A DNA stretch of 26,264 nucleotides from assembly GCA_964426185.1 (NCBI GenBank), contig CAYRPF010000011.1, positions 31,862 through 58,125 on the forward strand, in the 5' to 3' direction. The translations under genes and the position numbers were made by a program. Source of the stretch: an uncultured archaeon. GTDB taxonomy: Archaea; Asgardarchaeota; Lokiarchaeia; Sigyniarchaeales; Promethearchaeaceae. Below, one piece after another: positions 1 to 7,880 of the stretch; positions within the stretch are counted from its first letter, which is position 1, and every line of letters begins with the position of its first letter. Under the pieces are notes generated by a model. That model saw only the letters and a list, made by a program, of their open reading frames with translations. It did no database searches and was not told where the DNA came from.

Positions 1-610
1 ATTGAACAGTTGTGGAACCTGCTATGCTTAATAACATCATCGGGGCACTTCCAGAATAATTATAGTAAGGATGAGGATTCACCCTATCAAGGATAATTTT
101 GAACTTGGCAGAGAGATAGATTTTATTCAGGTAAATAGGCTTACCTAAAGAAGTATCCCCAATATACTGCTGATTGACCTTATCTTGGGCTTGGTGAATA
201 AAAATATCATACTTCATTAGAATTTCCATTCCAAAAAATGCTCGTATCGCTTTTGGAGAAGGTTTTTGAGCGGTACCCATTGCCAGCAAAATCTTTACTT
301 TTGAATCTGGGATATGAACTTTTTGAAAAATTAAATTTAATTCTTGTAAAAACAAAGAAATTGATTTCGAAGAAATTGAAGGAGAAATTACAATGCAAAT
401 ATAATCTTGGGAATGTTCATCTTGTAAAGTAGCGTCGGAAATCAACTTTGTTAGTGATTTAGTCATAAAAGGTGTTTGAATTGCTGAAGATATTTCATCT
501 AATGGATTATCCAAGGCAGGAACATTCCGTGGATAAACAAAAGTGGGATCCCAAGCATCGGGTAAATTTACTATGGATTTTTTACCACAAGAATTTAGTT
601 CTATCTGCAT
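1..610 (-). CDS. LarA (lactate racemase/DUF2088)-like protein, N-terminal part, runs off the window start; catalytic residues degenerate
   Basis: Not in the ORF track. My translation from the ATG at 610 (preceded by AGGTGA) is open to the window edge: MQIELNSCGKKSIVNLPDAW...YICIVISPS...KILLAMGTAQKP...IFIHQA...YIGDTSLGKPIYLNKIYLSAKFKIILDRVNPHPYYNYSGSAPMMLLSIAG. This follows the LarA pattern (IlxATGxH...lGtTsrGtPvylNk...PHxxAGfSGGrK). Confidence 0.75.
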   Translation of the reverse strand, partial: MQIELNSCGKKSIVNLPDAWDPTFVYPRNVPALDNPLDEISSAIQTPFMTKSLTKLISDATLQDEHSQDYICIVISPSISSKSISLFLQELNLIFQKVHIPDSKVKILLAMGTAQKPSPKAIRAFFGMEILMKYDIFIHQAQDKVNQQYIGDTSLGKPIYLNKIYLSAKFKIILDRVNPHPYYNYSGSAPMMLLSIAGSTTVQ

Positions 611-1211
611 TTTTTCACCTTCTCATTAGATTTAACATTGATTTTAGTTCGATATATTGAGCTAGAATATTTTATTTATTATTTTATTTTTTAATATTTC
701 TTGAATATATTCTAGAATATTTTATTTTAATAATCTTTTATAATATTAATAATTCATCTAATTTATTTGAAATATGATTTAAAGAAAATAAATATCTAAA
801 AATAACGGCTTTAACAAAACTGTTCTTAGAAAAAGGAGTCAGAAAGGGGTAATTATTGCCATTTTCATAAATCTTATAATATTTCACGGATTTCCTATCA
901 TCTTCAGCGAATTATGAGAGGGATTATTCGTAATTGAGCGGTAGAAATGAAATTAATAAGATTAAATAGAATATTTAATATAACAGTTAAAATAACTATC
1001 TTGAAAAAAAAATCTTTTGTTAAACATTTATTTGAAAAAATAATGTCCTTAGATAATAAGATACTACAGAATTGTTTATCAATACTAGGCGATGGAATTA
1101 ATAAACAAATGGAAGAACGAATGTCTCAAATATCAATAAAAATAAAAATCAACGAGAAGTTATTTTATTCGATAAACAATTAAGAAAAAAGAAAGAAATT
1201 ATAAAATTGCA

Positions 1212-1454
1212 TTAATCAACTTCTGGTAAAATGAAAAGAATATTATTCCCCCGAATAAATAATTGGGTATAGTTATTATTTTTTTCTTCATTTGGAACTT
1301 GTTCAGTTACATTTTCCAAAATTACATTCATAAAATTATCATATTCCTTTAAGGTTCCATGATACTCAGTCGAATCTTTTAATCTTACGACAATCTGTTG
1401 ATTTATGCGATTTTGTAACACACGAAGGGGATTTCTAGAATTGTTATAAGCCAT
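1212..1454 (-). CDS. Sm-like archaeal protein (SmAP/Lsm)
   Basis: Sm1 motif (VVRLKDSTEYHGTLKEYDNFMNVILENVTE) and Sm2 motif (LFIRGNNILFI). Start at ATG 1454 (MAYNNSRNP) preferred over 1472. Confidence 0.93.
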   Translation of the reverse strand: MAYNNSRNPLRVLQNRINQQIVVRLKDSTEYHGTLKEYDNFMNVILENVTEQVPNEEKNNNYTQLFIRGNNILFILPEVD

Positions 1455-1542
1455 ATAAAAACACAAACTCATAGTTAATTAAATTATAGATATTTTAGTG
1501 TTCCATCCCTTAAAAAACATTTTAGCACTAAGATGAATTAAG

Positions 1543-2148
1543 ATGATTATGGAAGAAAGTGAAAATCACCCTCATCACAAAAAGAAGAAGATGTTAACCG
1601 CGTATAACGAAGAATCATACATAGAAATCTACGATAAACGCTATTACAGATTGCAAGCATCCAAATTTAAACATTATAGTACACGAAATCACTCCTTTGA
1701 TGGACTTTGGTTGGATTTTGGATGTGGGACGGGTTTGACTTGGGAATTTATGCGAAATTCACTCCATATTCAATTTAGATACATAGGTTGTGATTTATCC
1801 CGAGGCATGCTAAAGAAATTTTACGGTAAAGGAGGCGATACTCATCTAATCTGTACAGATGGAGAAAATTTACCAATAAGAAACAATTCCGTTTCTAATA
1901 TCATCTCTTTGACAACTCTCCAGAATTTACCAAATCCTATTTTAGGATTAAAAGAAATACAACGTATTTGCAAAATTGATGGGATGATTTTAATTAGTGT
2001 GTTAAAAAAAAGTTTTTCTCAAAATCAATGGAAAAAACTGCTTGAAAGTGTGTTTTCTGGACCAAATTTCTCCATAAATTTGCTAAACCAACAAAATTCT
2101 TCAAATTTGGAAGATTGGATTTATGAAATTCAATTTTTGCGAAAATAA
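1543..2148 (+). CDS. Class I SAM-dependent methyltransferase
   Basis: Motif I LDFGCGTG, then GCDLSRGML, DGENLP and EIQRICKIDG (Methyltransf_11-like). Confidence 0.88.
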   Translation: MIMEESENHPHHKKKKMLTAYNEESYIEIYDKRYYRLQASKFKHYSTRNHSFDGLWLDFGCGTGLTWEFMRNSLHIQFRYIGCDLSRGMLKKFYGKGGDTHLICTDGENLPIRNNSVSNIISLTTLQNLPNPILGLKEIQRICKIDGMILISVLKKSFSQNQWKKLLESVFSGPNFSINLLNQQNSSNLEDWIYEIQFLRK

Positions 2149-2156
2149 TAATTCAT

Positions 2157-3047
2157 CTATAATTGAAGTAGGTGTTCCAAATATTTTTCTTGATCAAATT
2201 CAACACCGTAATTTTTCCGGAAAAAAACATTAATGTTGGTTAAATCCCGTTCCAAATAAGAACGAGCGTTGGGATGATCTGTACTTTCCCATTGTGGCCA
2301 ATCAATAATTTGCACGTCCTCTTCAAGTGTTACAAGTAAATTAAATTCACCCAGATCACAATGGATAATGTCCCCTTTTTCATAGATGATCTCAATTTGA
2401 TGTAATATTTTGTTCAATACTTCTTCAGGATCAGCCAATTCAGGAACTGTGCTAATTTCTGTTCCTTCAATTAAGCTCATTACAACCATATGGCGGTTTT
2501 GTCCATAAGGGATGGGTGAATTAACCTTAAGAGGTTCAATTTTCTTTAAAGCTTCAAATTCAGATTCTGCAGAGAGACGACTTACATAAAGCCATGAGAT
2601 GTGACGACGTTTTTGGATATAATTTCTTAGCTTTCGAATTTGACGAAAACTTGTCTGACCGATTCTATGAATCTTCAAAGCACATTCTTTCCCTGTTGGA
2701 AGTTTGGCAATATATACATCAGATTCTTTTCCGCGCCCAATTAAATCTCCAACTGCTATAATTACTTTCTGTTGAGTGAGAGCATTCAAGGCTAAAACAT
2801 CATATGATTCAGAAATAAGTTGATATCCAACATATCCCAATTGAGAATTTCGCTGCAAAATTCCACTTTTATGAAGTTTGTTTAAACGGTATTCCGTCTC
2901 GGATTTTGGGATTCGAGCATAATAACTAATTTGATCCATAGGGACAAATTCAAATCGTCTCATCCCCAGCTCAATCCCAGTTAATACACGAATATCTTCA
3001 TGTTCTAATTCTCGGACCATGTGGGCCGCACGGAATACTTGTGCCAT
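2157..3047 (-). CDS. rio2: RIO2-family atypical serine/threonine kinase
   Basis: N-terminal Rio2 winged helix (VLTGIELGMRRFEFVP...YDVLAL), GRGKESDVY, KIHRIGQTSFR, HCDLGEFN, IIDWPQ. Confidence 0.95.
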   Translation of the reverse strand: MAQVFRAAHMVRELEHEDIRVLTGIELGMRRFEFVPMDQISYYARIPKSETEYRLNKLHKSGILQRNSQLGYVGYQLISESYDVLALNALTQQKVIIAVGDLIGRGKESDVYIAKLPTGKECALKIHRIGQTSFRQIRKLRNYIQKRRHISWLYVSRLSAESEFEALKKIEPLKVNSPIPYGQNRHMVVMSLIEGTEISTVPELADPEEVLNKILHQIEIIYEKGDIIHCDLGEFNLLVTLEEDVQIIDWPQWESTDHPNARSYLERDLTNINVFFRKNYGVEFDQEKYLEHLLQL

Positions 3048-3113
3048 TTTTTAATCGCAGTTTGTTCCAACTTATGATCATACATTTGATAGAAATTTTC
3101 TCGTAAATTGCTT

Positions 3114-3551
3114 TTAAATTTCTTCTACTCTAATCATTTTATCGCCTTGTTCAATAGTTGGAAGAATATCCAATCCTTCTATCACTTGACCGAACACTGT
3201 GTGTTTTCCGTCTAAGTGTTTTGTGGTTTCTCGATTTAAAACTATGAAAAATTGGGAACCACCTGTATCTTTACCCCGATGAGCCATACTTAATGCACCT
3301 AATTTATGGATTAAAGGATTTCCTTCTGTTTCACACTTAATTGTCCACCCAGGTCCTCCAGTTCCATCTCCACGAGGACATCCACCTTGAACAACGAAAT
3401 CAGGGATGACACGATGGAAGGTTAAACCATCATAAAATTTCTGATTAACCAATTTAAGAAAATTTGCAACTGTTCCAGGAGTGTGCTCTGGATAAAGTTC
3501 TATCATTAATATTCCTTTAGTTGTCTCCATTTTAACCTGCGGATTTTGCAT
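3114..3551 (-). CDS. Cyclophilin-type peptidyl-prolyl cis-trans isomerase
   Basis: [48 protein letters not shown] ribosome-binding site 6 nt upstream. Confidence 0.96.
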   Translation of the reverse strand: MQNPQVKMETTKGILMIELYPEHTPGTVANFLKLVNQKFYDGLTFHRVIPDFVVQGGCPRGDGTGGPGWTIKCETEGNPLIHKLGALSMAHRGKDTGGSQFFIVLNRETTKHLDGKHTVFGQVIEGLDILPTIEQGDKMIRVEEI

Positions 3552-3642
3552 CTTAATTCACCTAGGAAGTAAAAGGATTGGGTTCTATGAAAAGTTACTT
3601 ATCCCGAAAAATAAGTTGAAAAAAAAACGCATTATTATCTTG

Positions 3643-3960
3643 TTAAAATCCTCCAGAATGAGAGGTTACTAAATCTAATTCTGCAATTTTTATTTCTTGA
3701 TCGCCTATAACTTGTTTCTTCTGATTCAAATCGGTGAATAAATCACCTTTTTGAACCACTTTTCCTGAATTAAAAATCTGATGCTGTTCATAAAGCTGTG
3801 CCAATTGCTGGCTTTCTAAGGGCTTCCCAGAATTTTTGAGTTGTGCAATAGCCTCATTAAAAATAGTATCGATACTGATAGCAGGCTCATCTATTTTAAT
3901 GAAAAACGGCTTATTTGAAAGAGCTGAATTGATTTTGACTATATAAGTTTTAGATTCCAT
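3643..3960 (-). CDS. Ubiquitin-like (beta-grasp) protein with C-terminal GG plus one residue
   Basis: HQIFNSGKVVQKGDLFTDL resembles ubiquitin QRLIFAGKQLEDGRTLSDY, and LDLVTSHSGG resembles LHLVLRLRGG. N-terminal beta-beta-alpha pattern. Confidence 0.65.
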   Translation of the reverse strand: MESKTYIVKINSALSNKPFFIKIDEPAISIDTIFNEAIAQLKNSGKPLESQQLAQLYEQHQIFNSGKVVQKGDLFTDLNQKKQVIGDQEIKIAELDLVTSHSGGF

Positions 3961-4074
3961 TAGTTGATTTCCCTCATTTAAAAGAGTTCACTATTTTAAT
4001 AATAGAGAGCGAATATATTTAATTTTGGATTTGCTTTTATAAAATTCGAAAATTCTTAAAAAATACCTATGAAA

Positions 4075-4596
4075 TTAATTTTGATTTCGTAGCTTTATGA
4101 TAGAGTCTTTTAATATTTGCACTTTCTTCTCGTTCTGATCTTCTATCAGCTGTCCTTGTTGGCAAACGGGACAAATGAAGTTATAATCCATCGCTTCAAT
4201 GAAAACATAGCGTCCTTCGCATCCATTTTTGCATTGGAAAAAATAATTTTGTTCTTCATATTTCATGCGTGATTCTAATTTTTCAATAACCCAATTACGT
4301 CGTTCTTCAAGGACCAAGGGCAAGTTGTCAAATGATTCCTGCCAAAAATAGATAAACCACCCCGACCTTTTATCTCGAACTCTTTTAAACTCGGTTAGTT
4401 TATTGTCATTTAAAATATAGAGAATTTTTCGTACCACGTTCAACTTAACTTTGCTTAATTCAGCAATTTTCTCGTCGGTAGTTTCATCTGATGCATCGAG
4501 TAAAACCTTTGCAATTTTAATCGCTTCAGGCCCTCCAAAGTCTTTTAAAACGGCTTTGAGCGTCTTGGAAAGAGTTTTTTTTTTATCGGCAGGAAT
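4075..4596 (-). CDS. tfe: Transcription initiation factor E subunit alpha (TFE/TFIIE-alpha)
   Basis: Winged helix (TTDEKIAELSKVKLNVVRKILYIL...RDKRSGWFIYFW) and Zn ribbon (CKNGC...FICPVC). The frame extends 51 codons upstream of the tracked TTG (4443) to an ATT at 4596 behind AGGTGA, giving 173 aa. The start is inferred. Confidence 0.92.
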   Translation of the reverse strand: MPADKKKTLSKTLKAVLKDFGGPEAIKIAKVLLDASDETTDEKIAELSKVKLNVVRKILYILNDNKLTEFKRVRDKRSGWFIYFWQESFDNLPLVLEERRNWVIEKLESRMKYEEQNYFFQCKNGCEGRYVFIEAMDYNFICPVCQQGQLIEDQNEKKVQILKDSIIKLRNQN

Positions 4597-4714
4597 TAAA
4601 AGTCACCTTGAAAAGCAGTAAGAAAAGTATAAAAGAATAAATCCCTCATTGAAAAAAAATTTTTTCATTTTCTCTCAATAAATAGCATGTGTTGGTATGA
4701 AAAAAGAGTATTTT

Positions 4715-5455
4715 TTACAAAAAGTAATCAAAAGCGCGTTTAATATTAAACAACTGTAAACCAGCAAAATACGGATGAAGGACAGATTCTTGGGATTTCT
4801 CTTTCTTGGTTGCTTCTTCTGCTTTAATATATGCTTCAAGTACGGATTTTCGAAATTTTGCTGCAGTTTCAGCAGAATAAAATGAAACAACAGACAATCT
4901 ACTCTGATCGGTTTTCATTTCTTTTATTTTCTGGCGAATTTCTTGATCAGAATCATTTTCAAGTCGTTTTTCTAATGCAGTCAAATATTTCATCCATTTA
5001 GCTAGAAATTGTGATTGTACTTGTGCAAATGATTGATGAATCTGAATAAATTCCTTTAGTTCAGTATCTGTAACTTCAGAATTTTTACATTTACGTTTAG
5101 CCAGCTTTTCTTCATAATTTTCCACTAATCGGAAGAATTTTGTTGGGATCGAACCACGTGCCTTCTTTTCTCGTGCCAGTACAACTAGTCCCATACGTTC
5201 CATTTCAGATAAATGAATCGAGAGAGTAGATTTTGACTTACCAGTGAATTCTTTTAATTCTTTGAGACTGAGCTCGGGATACATGCTCAATAGGGAAAAA
5301 ATCAAAAATTTGGGTTTACTTCGTAGGACATCTTTCAAAGAAATAGTTTTAGGTGCGTCTTTGGCTTCTTTTTCAACAATTGTCCCACAATCAATTTCAT
5401 TAGAAGATGAAGAAAAGTCAGACTTGGATTTGGTTGGTTTGTAAATAATTATCAC
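4715..5455 (-). CDS. ArsR-like winged-helix transcriptional regulator with C-terminal helical domain
   Basis: FSLLSMYPELSLKELKEFTGKSKSTLSIHLSEMERMGLV HTH followed by the wing RGSIPTKFFRL. Start uncertain because the GTG lies inside an AGGTGA SD-like motif. Confidence 0.82.
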   Translation of the reverse strand: MIIIYKPTKSKSDFSSSSNEIDCGTIVEKEAKDAPKTISLKDVLRSKPKFLIFSLLSMYPELSLKELKEFTGKSKSTLSIHLSEMERMGLVVLAREKKARGSIPTKFFRLVENYEEKLAKRKCKNSEVTDTELKEFIQIHQSFAQVQSQFLAKWMKYLTALEKRLENDSDQEIRQKIKEMKTDQSRLSVVSFYSAETAAKFRKSVLEAYIKAEEATKKEKSQESVLHPYFAGLQLFNIKRAFDYFL

Positions 5456-5551
5456 CTGAATGCTGATACAAATCTCGTGTATACATAAAAAAAAAAATAT
5501 TATTTATTCAACTTTCGGATTAAGTATTGTAAGTATATAAAATGTTCAATT

Positions 5552-6493
5552 TTATGTATTTGATTTAATAGAAGAGTGCAAACCAGTTTTAATAGCCTGA
5601 TCAAAATTCTTTAATTCATTTGCCAATAAATCCCTAAATTCATATAGATCTTCGATTTTCCACACATGTCCTTTACTACCAATAAACATCGAATAATCTG
5701 AATCAATCATAGAATTTATTATCCTCAAAATATTTTGAGGATTCACTGCGGTTTGGAAAAATTTTCGGAATGAAGTTCCATTCAAACAGTTTGGACAGAG
5801 AATTGGTCCTAAAAATGCAATTCCAAACCTAGGTATACTTACCATTAGATCTTCCTCTGTAAAAGCAGATCCAAAATTTTTAACGAAAATTGCCATTTTG
5901 TTATCAACGATTTGGAAATCATTTGGTATTATAAGATTTGGTAGTTGAAAATGAAAATTTGGCTGCTGAAGTAAATGATAAAGTTCGATATCTTGCGTCA
6001 GTCGAATGATTTCATTTTCTTTTTCAGACATGATTAATTGTTGAACTATTGATTCATATGAATCACTCATGTTTTGCACCCAATCGTTCAGAATTGGTAT
6101 GCCTTCTTCACGAATTTTTTGAAATTGTATCGGTCCTGCAAGTATAGAGGTAGTGGGTGAGATATTAACATATCCTAATAGATGATCAAAATGGCAGTGG
6201 CTGTTAATCACGGTTTGAATGGGTTTTTTTAAATTCTCTTCAATGAATTCAAAAAGTTCAGCACTAACTTGTGGGGAGATAAATGAATCTATTAAAACCA
6301 CACCATTTTCCATTTCAATTGCAATAACATTGGATTCGGGATAACCCGAAGCACGTGGTCTTAGAAAATGAATATTACTATGGATTTTCTCGATATCAAA
6401 ATAATTAGAATGAATTTTGGAATGATTAGTGCTGTTTTGGTCTCCATCTACGGAAATAACTGAGTTGGAGTCAAGCCGGGGAGATATATTCAT
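5552..6493 (-). CDS. Metallo-beta-lactamase-fold protein with an incomplete metal site
   Basis: VVLIDS and INSHCHFDH (HxHxDH) are present. Downstream ligand motifs are altered (SAFTEED, FLGPIL, IGSKG). Confidence 0.82.
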   Translation of the reverse strand: MNISPRLDSNSVISVDGDQNSTNHSKIHSNYFDIEKIHSNIHFLRPRASGYPESNVIAIEMENGVVLIDSFISPQVSAELFEFIEENLKKPIQTVINSHCHFDHLLGYVNISPTTSILAGPIQFQKIREEGIPILNDWVQNMSDSYESIVQQLIMSEKENEIIRLTQDIELYHLLQQPNFHFQLPNLIIPNDFQIVDNKMAIFVKNFGSAFTEEDLMVSIPRFGIAFLGPILCPNCLNGTSFRKFFQTAVNPQNILRIINSMIDSDYSMFIGSKGHVWKIEDLYEFRDLLANELKNFDQAIKTGLHSSIKSNT

Positions 6494-6772
6494 AATATTT
6501 ACCTTTGCTTATGGAAATTTTTGAAGATTTTCAAACCTTCGTATGATTGTATAACACCATAACGTTTAATCTTTAGACAAAAAATCAAACGTTAGGATCA
6601 AACTAATATAGTTAAAAATATATTTAAACATTTGTTTTTGTTAACTTCATTTAAAGGAAGGATACTAAAAATTTGAACCATAACTTTTTCTAAAGAGGAA
6701 TCTTTTCTAAAAACATTTAGGAATTAAAATCTTAATCAATCCTATCATAATTCTCAGTAAAGGTTTATAACT

Positions 6773-7573
6773 ATGGCAGATCACTATTTAATGAAATTAA
6801 TTCTTGCTCCTCATTTGGCTGATCCGGTAAAAGAAGCACCCGATGTACACAAGCATTTTACTCGATATTCTAAGGGTTCATTTGATGGCCCAGTAATCAA
6901 GGTTTCTAAAACCAAAGCCAAAATATCCGTTTGGGCATCACATGAATACGAAGATTTACTTTTACGTTTCGCTTTGAAAAATTGTCAAGATGAAAAAGTG
7001 AAAGTCACAGGAAACATTATAGGTGGAATTAATTTCGCACCATTGTTGAAAAAATTAGATTTTCCAGAATCTTGGAATCCAGTTAAAAGTAAGGGACAAA
7101 CAAAAAACTACACCACAGAATTTAAAACGGCTGTAGAAATTGAAACGAGTAAATTGTTAGATTTAGCAACCAAGGGAACCCCATATGTCTATATTTTATT
7201 AAGTTTTACCAGTGCGGATAAATCTATTGTTTTAAAAATCAAGAAAAAACCACCTCGACCCAGTTCTAAAAATCCTGAAGATAGCTCCGCTACGAGTAAA
7301 TTAAAATTCGCTTCCTTAAAACTTCCCAACTCTCCTAAACTACTAGATGGACTCTTGGAAGAGATTGCCGGAGATTTTCGAGACGAAATCCCTTCTAGTT
7401 GGAAATCATTAATTCTTCAAAATACTTATGAAATAACTGAATTGGAACTACCAAAAAATAAGAAGTTAAGCTCCCGTCTCATTCGGTTACACACTTTGCG
7501 AAAAGGGATCCTAAATCGTGTAATAGAAATTGATGGTGAACCATTTAAAAATTCAGTTGCCTTCACCGCTTAA
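6773..7573 (+). CDS. Hypothetical Lys-rich protein
   Basis: 266-aa ORF with coding-like composition and basic patches (KIKKKPPRP, RLHTLRKGILNR). No function recognised. Confidence 0.8.
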   Translation: MADHYLMKLILAPHLADPVKEAPDVHKHFTRYSKGSFDGPVIKVSKTKAKISVWASHEYEDLLLRFALKNCQDEKVKVTGNIIGGINFAPLLKKLDFPESWNPVKSKGQTKNYTTEFKTAVEIETSKLLDLATKGTPYVYILLSFTSADKSIVLKIKKKPPRPSSKNPEDSSATSKLKFASLKLPNSPKLLDGLLEEIAGDFRDEIPSSWKSLILQNTYEITELELPKNKKLSSRLIRLHTLRKGILNRVIEIDGEPFKNSVAFTA

Positions 7574-7880
7574 TTTCTTATTTTATTTTAACGGCACTTA
7601 ATTCACTTTTCTGATAGTATTGCACCCTAAATCACAATAAATGCATCAGAATAGGATACTGCTTTTTACTTAAAATATTATTTCCTTCATTTTGTTATAG
7701 TTCGGCATAGATTACAAAACAACCAAACACTATAGGATTAATTACTGAATGAAATTGCAGAATACGATAAATTACTGGTTGCTACCACGTTTACCATGAT
7801 GAAAAATGAAGATTATTGTAAAAAATTTGAAATGATGTAAAAAAATTTGATAATCACTAGTTTCTCCACTAAGCATGCTT

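Noticed and set aside
207-660. Short tracked ORFs 207-398, 238-432 and 472-660
   Set aside because: They are shadows of the longer minus-strand LarA-like frame starting at 610.
947-1183. 78-aa ORF in the AT-rich spacer
   Set aside because: I/K/N-biased with no recognisable motif; typical of chance ORFs in low-GC DNA, though not strictly excluded.
4575-4584. T10 homopolymer as a frameshift or phase-variation site in tfe
   Set aside because: The tfe frame reads through it as Lys codons, and both alternative frames have stops just upstream.
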